Source: Nitrospirota bacterium (GTDB lineage Bacteria; Nitrospirota; UBA9217). From it: a DNA stretch of 15,573 nt. The translations under genes and the position numbers were made by a program. Positions within the stretch are counted from its first letter, which is position 1, and each line of letters begins with the position of its first letter. Of the stretch, positions 8,789 to 15,465 are shown piece by piece. The notes below the pieces were generated by a model. It worked only from the letters and a program-made list of their open reading frames with translations. It was not told the DNA's origin and searched no databases. The stretch spans positions 1 to 15,573 of the forward strand of contig JAOUEV010000072.1 of assembly GCA_029858565.1 (NCBI GenBank), written 5' to 3'.

Positions 8789-10021
8789 CTACAGATATTT
8801 CCACGGCAGGGCCGTGATCGTGTCCGTCAGTTTTTCCGGCATCCTTCCGGTTGTGATCACGTAGGCCTTCTTCACTTTTCCTTTATAGGTTTCCAGAAAG
8901 CTCGACAAACCCCGAAGAGAGGTCAACGTTACTTTGGAACCTGCCTTGATCTCGATCGGGATGATCGTCGCCCCCGTATCGATCACGCAATCCACTTCCG
9001 CGCCGCCGCCGGTCCTCCAATAATGGACCTTGTAGTCCAGATTCTGCGTCCGTATCCGCCGAATCAGCTCAAGGATAACAGCGTGTTCAAAGAGCCTGCC
9101 TTTATCCACATTCAACAGGTCCTCGGTCAAGGGGACCCGGGCAAGGGCATTTCTCACACCGAGGTCGAAAAAATAGTAGCGTGGCGAAGTAAGTATCCGC
9201 TTCCGGGCGTTTTTAAGATAAGGCTCGACCTTCTCAACGACGAGCGTATCTTCCAGAATGTTGAAGTATTCCTTGATGGTAGGAACGCTGACGCCTGATT
9301 CCAGCGACAACTTGGTTAGGTTGGGGTTGGTACCGGACTCCTGTGCGGCCAGTTCCAGGAAACGGCTGAACGGACCGATTTTCCTGCTGAGCGCTTCAGC
9401 CCGAATTTCTTCTTCCAGGTACGTTTGCGTATACGATTTAAGCAAGCCGACACGCTCCTTGTCGTCCGGCTGATTGACAATGCCGGGGAGCGATCCGTAA
9501 ATGAGAGAATGTTCAAAAGAATACCCCTTGATCGCATTGATATTCGGCATACGGAACAATCCCGCGTCGTGGTCCGTCTGCCAGCCGAATTCGTTCCACT
9601 GCAGGGGATCAAGCCTGAATGTCCTGATACGTCCGGGGAGCAGGTTCACGCCCTTCCTCCGAAGTTTTCGGGCGGAGGATCCCGTGATGATGAAAGACGC
9701 TTTATTTTCATCGATCAGATACTGGGCACTGTCAAACAGTTCCGGGACTTTCTGCGCTTCATCGACAAATACCACGGGTTTTCCTGCTTGCGCTTCAACC
9801 TGTCTGATAAGGACTCCCGCGTCACGTTCCATCTCCATGCGAATACCTGGGTCCTGCAAAGGATACTCCATTAATTTCTTTACTTCGGTCAGACATGCTT
9901 TTGCAAGAAAAGTCTTGCCTGTCTGCCGCGGCCCCAAGATGAGGGCTGACTGTCCTTTTCTAAGGATCTGGCCGAGGACATGCTCCATGTTGCGCATATA
10001 TTCTTTATATTTACCTTGCAT
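8789..10021 (-). CDS. AAA+ ATPase with C-terminal DUF4143 (restriction-endonuclease-like fold), 410 aa
   Basis: Walker A GPRQTGKT, Walker B VFVDEAQK, ITGSS, L.GR, YGSLP, YFFDLGVRNAL, GRLFE, and YWRT..GAEVD...IPIEIK (D..E.K motif). Confidence 0.9.
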   Translation of the reverse strand: MQGKYKEYMRNMEHVLGQILRKGQSALILGPRQTGKTFLAKACLTEVKKLMEYPLQDPGIRMEMERDAGVLIRQVEAQAGKPVVFVDEAQKVPELFDSAQYLIDENKASFIITGSSARKLRRKGVNLLPGRIRTFRLDPLQWNEFGWQTDHDAGLFRMPNINAIKGYSFEHSLIYGSLPGIVNQPDDKERVGLLKSYTQTYLEEEIRAEALSRKIGPFSRFLELAAQESGTNPNLTKLSLESGVSVPTIKEYFNILEDTLVVEKVEPYLKNARKRILTSPRYYFFDLGVRNALARVPLTEDLLNVDKGRLFEHAVILELIRRIRTQNLDYKVHYWRTGGGAEVDCVIDTGATIIPIEIKAGSKVTLTSLRGLSSFLETYKGKVKKAYVITTGRMPEKLTDTITALPWKYL

Positions 10022-10027
10022 ATTTAA

Positions 10028-10055
10028 AGTATATATAGATATTTAAAATAAGCAA
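10028..10055 (-). promoter_or_regulatory. Sigma70-like promoter of the AAA-DUF4143 gene, probably leaderless
   Basis: Minus strand TTGCTT-N16-TATACT, then 6 nt to the ATG at 10021. It is embedded in an imperfect inverted repeat CTTGCATATTTAAA...TTTAAAATAAGCAAG. Confidence 0.5.
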
Positions 10056-10186
10056 GAACTATTTCGTCCCTGGCTTCCGTGATCAAGAGCAATGGAGACA
10101 CAAAACGAGCGTCACATGACAGGGAGTTATGGAGAGGAGCGGTGATGTGCCGACTTTATGAAAACAACGATAGATGCCGGAACGAA

Positions 10187-10220
10187 GCAAAAACTACGAC
10201 AATTCTACGACAGCAAATTG
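10187..10220 (+). repeat. att-arm repeat, copy 2 (direct-repeat core only)
   Basis: GCAAAAACTACGACAATTCTACGACAGCAAATTG versus copy 1 GGAAAATTCTACGACGATTCTACGACAGCGAATTC. Confidence 0.75.
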
Positions 10221-10318
10221 CCGACATGTCGGTACCTGAAACACAAGAATCATGATAAAGAACAGATGGTCGATTTTGCTGGGCCGGGATGAGGCAACCT
10301 GCATGCCACAGCCTTCAA

Positions 10319-10624
10319 TCAAGCAACTTTTGAATATTCCTTGACCTCTTTTTTTAGGCGGGCTCCAAGGGCATCGGCAGCAATATCGAGGTCATACTGC
10401 GACTGAAGACCAAGCCAGAACTCTGAAGACATCCCGAAGAACCTCCCAAGCCGGAGGGCGGTATCAGCGGATATTTTTCTTTTCTCCAGGACAATCTCGT
10501 TGATACGCCGTGCCGGGACTCCGATGTTCACCGCGAGTTTATTTTGGCTCAAACCCAAGGGAATAAGGAATTCCTCAAGAAGAACCTCGCCAGGATGCAC
10601 AGGATGTAGTGCTTTTTTCTTCAT
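10319..10624 (-). CDS. higA: HigA family antitoxin (HTH), ~101 aa
   Basis: PVHPGEVLLEEFLIPLGLSQNKLA...RRINEI...ISADTALRLGRFFGMSSEFWLGLQSQYDL. Start placed at 10624 from GAGAGG RBS spacing; 10630 is also possible. Confidence 0.93.
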   Translation of the reverse strand: MKKKALHPVHPGEVLLEEFLIPLGLSQNKLAVNIGVPARRINEIVLEKRKISADTALRLGRFFGMSSEFWLGLQSQYDLDIAADALGARLKKEVKEYSKVA

Positions 10625-10637
10625 GCTCATCAACCTC

Positions 10638-10919
10638 TCAATGATAATCTGTGATTTCAACGTCTATCGCGTCTCCGTCTTTCCATGCAAAGCAAACGCG
10701 CCATTGGTCATTTATACGGATGCTGTATTGACCTGTTCTGTTGCCGAAAAGCTTTTCCAGCCTGTTCGCCGGGGGGATGCGAAGATCATGGAGGCTCTTC
10801 GCATTATTTATCATTCGCAGCTTTCGCAACGCAACCTGCTGGATATCGGACGGCAGCTTCCGCGAATGCTCACGGAGATATATTTTTTGTGTTTCTGCAT
10901 CGCTAAACGTCTTAATCAC
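10638..10919 (-). CDS. higB: HigB (RelE-like) toxin, 93 aa
   Basis: MIKTFSDAETQKIY...LRKLRMI...DLRIPPANRLEKL.GNR.GQYSIRINDQWRVCF.W...VEITDYH; toxin-first gene order. Confidence 0.93.
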   Translation of the reverse strand: MIKTFSDAETQKIYLREHSRKLPSDIQQVALRKLRMINNAKSLHDLRIPPANRLEKLFGNRTGQYSIRINDQWRVCFAWKDGDAIDVEITDYH

Positions 10920-10925
10920 AGTGGC

Positions 10926-10954
10926 ATAATATAACGCGTTGCGTTAAACGTCAA
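10926..10954 (-). promoter_or_regulatory. higBA promoter with palindromic operator; probably leaderless
   Basis: Minus strand TTGACG-N17-TATTAT, then 6 nt to the GTG start. Palindrome TAACGC-N3-GCGTTA (10932-10946) lies in the spacer. Confidence 0.7.
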
Positions 10955-11031
10955 GTCTTTTCAACGCTATCGCAAATTGCGGAAGACGTGATCGTCGCAA
11001 GCAAGCAGCTTTTGCCTCAAATCCATTTCGA

Positions 11032-11074
11032 TTGACAATCTGCCAGTTGTCTGTTAATATTATGCCAGATGACA
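11032..11074 (+). promoter_or_regulatory. xre-res promoter with repeated operator-like sites
   Basis: TTGACA(11032)-N17-TAATAT(11055); repeats TGCCAGTTGTC (11041) and TGCCAGATGAC (11063); AGGAGG RBS before the ATG at 11088. Confidence 0.65.
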
Positions 11075-11087
11075 GGAGGCAGCTTCA

Positions 11088-11528
11088 ATGTTTACCGAAC
11101 AGAGTATCGTATCAGTCCTCGGCGGCCAGACCTCTCTTGGCCGCAAGATCAAAAGCACCCTTGACCTGGACAAGCTCATCCGCGAAGGGTTCCCCTATAA
11201 GGCAGGCAACCACGTCCGGGGCCTGCTGAACCTTCCCCTCCCCGTTTTCGCCGGCATTATCGAGGTAAGCGAACGGACCCTGGCCCGGGTCCGCAACTCT
11301 CCGGGTCAGCGCCTGTCGGCCGTCGCCAGCGACCGGCTTTACCGGCTGGCGAGGATCTTCTCGATCGCCTGCGAGGTCCTGGAGGACGAGGACAAAGCCA
11401 GGGAATGGCTGCGTCGGCATCAGGTGGGCTTGGGCGGCAAAGCGCCCCTTGACCTGCTGCATACCGAGGCGGGATCAAAGGAGGTCGAAAATCTTCTCTG
11501 GCGCATTGAGTACGGGGTCATTTCGTGA
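11088..11528 (+). CDS. Xre/MbcA/ParS-family antitoxin (DUF2384), 146 aa
   Basis: HTH VSERTLAR, SDRLYRLARI, AREWL...LGGKAPLDLL.TEAG..EVE..L.RIEYGV. Confidence 0.92.
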   Translation: MFTEQSIVSVLGGQTSLGRKIKSTLDLDKLIREGFPYKAGNHVRGLLNLPLPVFAGIIEVSERTLARVRNSPGQRLSAVASDRLYRLARIFSIACEVLEDEDKAREWLRRHQVGLGGKAPLDLLHTEAGSKEVENLLWRIEYGVIS

Positions 11529-11995
11529 TCACTGCATGGCGCCTTGATAAGGCAAAACGCGCCAAGGAAGCATTTACCGGCGAAGGGGCCCGCCGCGTAA
11601 GCGGCCGATGGCACCATCAGGGCATACCAATGATCTACGCAAGCGAGTCTCTGGCGCTGTCCGTGGTCGAAAAGTTCGTTCACCTGGGGTTCGATGCTTC
11701 TCATATCAAGTTCGTGTACTTCAAAATCGAGATTCCGGACAGCGTCCTTGTTGAAAAGCTGAAAAGCGCCGATCTCCCCGATGACTGGACCGCGGAACCG
11801 CCGCAGGATTCAACAAAGGATATCGGTTCCGCCTGGGCGAATAAATCGGACACAGCGGTTTTTCGGGTCCCTTCCGTGCTGGTCCCCAAAAGCTGGAACT
11901 ACCTGCTCAATCCCGGCCACCGCGACTTTAAGAAGATCCGCATCAGCGACCCCATGCCTTTTGTCTTTGATGCGAGGATGTGGAAGGAAAAATGA
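11525..11995 (+). CDS. RES-domain toxin (MbcT/ParT-like), 156 aa
   Basis: WRL, FTGEGAR..SGRWH..G.PMIYASESLALSVVE, LPDDW, RVPSVLVP..WNYLLNP.H.DF, FVFDARM. GTGA overlap with the antitoxin stop. Confidence 0.92.
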   Translation: MITAWRLDKAKRAKEAFTGEGARRVSGRWHHQGIPMIYASESLALSVVEKFVHLGFDASHIKFVYFKIEIPDSVLVEKLKSADLPDDWTAEPPQDSTKDIGSAWANKSDTAVFRVPSVLVPKSWNYLLNPGHRDFKKIRISDPMPFVFDARMWKEK

Positions 11996-12459
11996 TAAAA
12001 TCCCTAAAACTGACGATTGTGATTCTTCTCATGATCGCGCTGCACGCCGTTTCTGCTCCTGCGGGTGACTTCGACATCAAATTCGGACTGATGAAAAAGG
12101 ACGCGGCGGGAAAATACTACGTCTGTTCCGAGACCACCACGATCCCCCTGACCTACAAAGACATGGATCCCGACTTTCGGTTCGGATACTCCATAAAGAC
12201 TGCATCCGATCGGCCCTTTACCACATACATGATCATGCAGGCCCCGTCTGCCTTTGAGAAGTATACCGGCGAATTCAAGGATGCCGACAAGAAAGAAGGC
12301 GGCAAAGCGATTCAATCGACCGTCAAAAAGGCCGTCGCTGCGTTCACCTACTCTCTTCGTTTCGATCGTGGCGATCCTCCGGGACAGTATAAGATCGACA
12401 TCTGGATCAATGACAAGCCTGCAAGGACGATCGATTTCACGGTCATCGAGGCGAAATGA
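11992..12459 (+). CDS. Secreted/periplasmic hypothetical protein, probable beta-sandwich (Ig-like), ~155 aa
   Basis: Start ATG at 11992 overlaps the RES stop (ATGA). Signal peptide MIKSLKLTIVILLMIALHAVSAPA; C-terminal PPGQYKIDIWINDKPARTIDFTV strand pattern. Confidence 0.7.
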   Translation: MIKSLKLTIVILLMIALHAVSAPAGDFDIKFGLMKKDAAGKYYVCSETTTIPLTYKDMDPDFRFGYSIKTASDRPFTTYMIMQAPSAFEKYTGEFKDADKKEGGKAIQSTVKKAVAAFTYSLRFDRGDPPGQYKIDIWINDKPARTIDFTVIEAK

Positions 12460-12502
12460 GCTTTCACTTTATCGATTACTCGGAAGTATGAAGTATATTT
12501 CA

Positions 12503-12644
12503 GGCTTCGAGCTAAACCTCTAGACAAACCACCAAGTCGGTGTTTCCGCTGATTCGGCCTTGGCGCAAAATTCTACTACGATTGACGCTCCCCGCAGCAA
12601 GCTACGGGGAATGCGCTCGCTGCTGGATTCAACGACGGCAAATT
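12503..12644 (+). repeat. att-arm repeat, copy 3 (diverged, interrupted by a 46-nt insertion)
   Basis: GGCTTCGAGCTAAACCTCTAGACAAACCACCAAGTCGGTGTTTCCGCTGATTC aligns with 2048-2099 GGTTTTGAGCTAACCTCTTGATAAACAAGCAAGTCGGCATTTCCGCTGATTC. GGCCTTGGCGCAAAATTCTACTACGATT[insert]CAACGACGGCAAATT aligns with 2119-2161. Confidence 0.8.
12584..12629. mobile_element. Miniature hairpin insertion (REP/IS200-IS605-end-like)
   Basis: 46 nt absent from copies 1 and 2, with GATT on both sides (12580-12583 and 12626-12629). Contains the imperfect palindrome TCCCCGCAGC-AA-GCTACGGGGA. Confidence 0.6.
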
Positions 12645-12669
12645 GATGATGTCCCAGGCGCCGTACGCC

Positions 12670-13428
12670 TCAATCCAGCAATTCCCCTTCCGGATCATCC
12701 GATATGGCCAGATAAATCGCCGCGGCCGTGAAGTCCGCCAGTGCTCCTGCAGGCATTTTTGATGCCCTGCGCATCCGGCTGAAGCCTTTGCAGATCCTTT
12801 CCTTGAGCGGCAGCCCCGGCAGTCTCAGATGCTCGTACATGAGCGTCGTGAGCGGCAGTCCGTTCGCAAGTTCGTTGACGAACAGCCTCGACGACTCGTG
12901 GCAGCGCTTCGCGTGCATCTGATAATGCTCCAGGACATTCTCACCGTCGACCGTGATCCTGAACTTTCGCTTGAACTCCTTGTCGCTCCGGGAATAGATC
13001 TCCTTGCGCATCTGTGCCAGGTAGCGCACATCCTCGCGGGATGTCTGCTGCAGCACATCTTGGATACGTCTCAGGATATCGTACCCGGTCCCGGGGTAAA
13101 GACACCTGGCAGCAACTACCGGGAACATTGCTTCCAGAAGGCCGTAGTTCACGATCTTGCCTGTTCTCCCCTGCTGGCTGGTCATCAATGCCTTATAAGC
13201 CAGGTCATAGATCAAGGGAGGCTGGCGTCCCAGGATGCCGATCCTTTCCGCAAGGTCGTGGAACCACCTCCCGCTGTTTATGGCTGACAGCAGGAAATAC
13301 TCGAACCGCTGCTTCGGACCCACATCACGAAACCGGGAGGTGCAGGCAGGTTTGGGCATCGTCACTTCAATCGCGAATGCCGTCACCACCTGGCGCTGCA
13401 CCTCAAGGGGATCGATCTTTACGCGCAT
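12670..13428 (-). CDS. Divergent CitG-like (triphosphoribosyl-dephospho-CoA synthase family) protein, ~252 aa
   Basis: Likely start MRVKIDP at 13428, overlapping the radical SAM stop by 10 nt. AFAIEVTMPKPA, FEYFLLSA, VNYGLL...FP and PAGALADFTAAAIYL resemble the CitG-family A..E...PKPG, F..SA, N.G...P and PG..AD..A..F motifs. Confidence 0.6.
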   Translation of the reverse strand: MRVKIDPLEVQRQVVTAFAIEVTMPKPACTSRFRDVGPKQRFEYFLLSAINSGRWFHDLAERIGILGRQPPLIYDLAYKALMTSQQGRTGKIVNYGLLEAMFPVVAARCLYPGTGYDILRRIQDVLQQTSREDVRYLAQMRKEIYSRSDKEFKRKFRITVDGENVLEHYQMHAKRCHESSRLFVNELANGLPLTTLMYEHLRLPGLPLKERICKGFSRMRRASKMPAGALADFTAAAIYLAISDDPEGELLD

Positions 13429-14693
13429 ATGCCCTGATCCTTCACGATGCTGCATCTGCTCAGATGAACTGGCGATGAGCCGTTCGAGGTGAAGAGACGC
13501 CTGATGTCCCGGAGCACATACTCTGCCACAGTGTTCAGCTCGGTCACGGGAAAGAACCCGTTCTCGTACCACCGTTTCAGCACCTCCCGGTCAACGTTGC
13601 AAAAGCTGCCTCCCTGGCTCCTGCCTTTTTCCCGGGTAGTGAGCGTGATGCTCACTGCCTGGCTGAGGCTGTTGTTCAGATAGGTCTCTTCCCCCCGGGA
13701 TGCGGGCTCATCGACCGCCACCTCAAAGGACCGGGGCCCGGTCCGGTGAGGCTCCTTGGAAAGGGTCAGCCCCAGCTCAGCGAGGCTCATGACCAGTGCT
13801 TGCCGAAGACTCGGCTCATCGAGCTCGCCGTGGCAAAGACCGTTGCTGGAACAGGCAGTACAGTAGGACAGTTCCCGCTCCCGCTTAGCCGGGTCCTTTT
13901 GAGCGGTGATCTTGTCCACATCAAAGAATCCTCTGTCTATCCTCGCCAGGCCGCTTCTGCAGAACCATTCGGTCACCACATGTCCCCGTTTAAGGGCCAG
14001 ATCCTCAAGATGAGCAATCAGCTCCCTGCTCAGGGGCTTCACGTTTGCCAGGTGCGGCAGGCCTTCGCAATTCAGCGGTTTCAGGAACAGGCTGCTGCCT
14101 GCAGGAAGGGATTCGATGATCTCCACAGCATCGCCATAACTGTCGGCTGCAAGAGGTCCCAGGACCCAGTAGAGCATGCGGCTATCGAGGGGCTCGGCGG
14201 ATCGCACGAGGTTCATAGGGTTCCGTGTCACATTGAGCGATTTGCTCCGTGGCGTGGCGGTCAGTTTGAGCAGAAGATTTCTTCGGTAGGTCCGGAAGAA
14301 CTCCACTTCCGGCGCGGTTAAGGGTTTTCTGGTGAGATAGACGATCGATCGTCCGGGATCGGCCATCTCGATGAGCTTTGAGCTCTTCTCAAATTCAAGG
14401 CCTGCGTCAGTATCATGGCCGATCCGGACCTGTACGCCGGCGTGATAGGACGGCATTGACCTGAGCCAACTCAGCATCTTGCCGGAAGAAACGCGGTTGT
14501 CCAGCAGCAATCCCTCCTGATACAATTCCTCACGCGAGGGATGACGCTTGGAAATGCAGAAACTGCAGTTGAAGGAGCAGCCGGAGACGAAGTCCAGGGA
14601 AATGAAGGCGCCGATCAGCTTGACCGGGTAGAACTCCGGCAGCAGGTGTTCATATTCCTCAGCACGCTGCTTGTCGTAGGTTCGCCGTACCAT
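13419..14693 (-). CDS. Radical SAM protein (spore photoproduct lyase-like N-terminus) with Cys-containing C-terminal extension, 424 aa
   Basis: SLDFVSGCSFNCSFC (CxxxCxxC), downstream GHDTD and YLTRK motifs, extra Cys in EWFC, CTACSSNGLC and GGSFC. AAAGGAG RBS upstream. Confidence 0.8.
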   Translation of the reverse strand: MVRRTYDKQRAEEYEHLLPEFYPVKLIGAFISLDFVSGCSFNCSFCISKRHPSREELYQEGLLLDNRVSSGKMLSWLRSMPSYHAGVQVRIGHDTDAGLEFEKSSKLIEMADPGRSIVYLTRKPLTAPEVEFFRTYRRNLLLKLTATPRSKSLNVTRNPMNLVRSAEPLDSRMLYWVLGPLAADSYGDAVEIIESLPAGSSLFLKPLNCEGLPHLANVKPLSRELIAHLEDLALKRGHVVTEWFCRSGLARIDRGFFDVDKITAQKDPAKRERELSYCTACSSNGLCHGELDEPSLRQALVMSLAELGLTLSKEPHRTGPRSFEVAVDEPASRGEETYLNNSLSQAVSITLTTREKGRSQGGSFCNVDREVLKRWYENGFFPVTELNTVAEYVLRDIRRLFTSNGSSPVHLSRCSIVKDQGICA

Positions 14694-14745
14694 GACAATC
14701 CGCTCCTTTCAGCGGCAGTTGTATTCGGCTTTCCGAATTCCGTAT

Positions 14746-15465
14746 TTACGCAAACGCCGCCATATGCACCACCTGGTCTCCGTCCAGTGCAGCGAAACCA
14801 GCCGAGGTCTTGCCTTCAAGCCGCAGGTTCACGCCCTTGCCCGTTGCCGGGTATGCCGCAGCCTTCAGTTTCTTGATGCCCGAGAGAAAGAGCGAGGCCT
14901 TGCGCCGCGGATCGCCAGCGGGCTTCTTCGCTTTCTTGTCATAGGACTGCTCGATGGCGTCCAGGATGTAGGAGCGAAGCCCCTTTGCAAAGGTGCGTTT
15001 GAGCACACCGGGATTCCCGAAAATATCGCAGCCTGCCACTTTCCCGTTGATCAGCACGATGAACCCGACCTGGTCCTTGGCAGCAGGGAAGGCCTTTTCA
15101 TAGTCCCTGGTCCGCTCTTCAAAGGATCCATACATGTCGTCCGCTGCCCTGGTGGGGCCAAAGCTGAACTTGGGATCGGCAGTGCAGAACTTCACGGATT
15201 TCTCCTCAATATCGTCCCAAACCTTTCCCTGATCTGCGGCAAAGGATTTCTTTTCCTTCAAGCTGAAGTTCACGGACTTTGCCTTGATGCTGCGGAGCTT
15301 GGCATAGACCGGTCGTTCGCTGGCGCCAAAGGCTTGGCTTTTGTAGGACCACCGCCCTTGCTCAACACAGTTAACATCAACCACCATTTCAGAGTGTTTA
15401 GCTATGATGATCGTCGTGGTCACCGAGCGGTTCTGCTTCGCGCCGATCAGAATATCCCCGTCTAG
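14746..15465 (-). pseudogene. ARPP-1/DUF6569-family gene, 5'-truncated by an IS insertion
   Basis: The frame extends past the ORF-track GTG to LDGDILIGAKQNRSVTTTIII...VDVNCVEQGRW, followed by QGKVWDDI, QVGFIVLING..GCDIFGN and LRSYILDAI. An in-frame TAG at 15487-15489 with no start codon shows the N-terminus is missing at this position. Confidence 0.75.

Noticed and set aside
2700-9298. Long plus-strand ORFs (e.g. 2700-3500, 7550-8560, 8564-9298)
   Set aside because: Antisense shadows of GC-rich genes with no recognisable motifs or RBS.
10957-10980. Possible fourth arm-repeat copy (TTCAACGCTATCGCAAATTGC)
   Set aside because: Only partial similarity and no CTACGAC direct repeat; compatible with chance.
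2130-12644. CRISPR array or integron attC sites
   Set aside because: The repeats are kilobases apart with no spacer periodicity or cas genes. They are direct repeats lacking the RYYYAAC...GTTRRRY palindromic attC structure.
13429-13572. N-terminal extension of the 300-aa ORF
   Set aside because: It overlaps the radical SAM 3' end; CitG-like similarity begins after the Met at 13428.
13419-14693. Calling the radical SAM protein a viperin or true spore photoproduct lyase (splB)
   Set aside because: Only the CxxxCxxC motif and general SPL-like context are visible; family-specific motifs could not be confirmed by eye.
14692-15465. 257-aa plus-strand ORF
   Set aside because: Antisense to the motif-bearing ARPP-1 frame.
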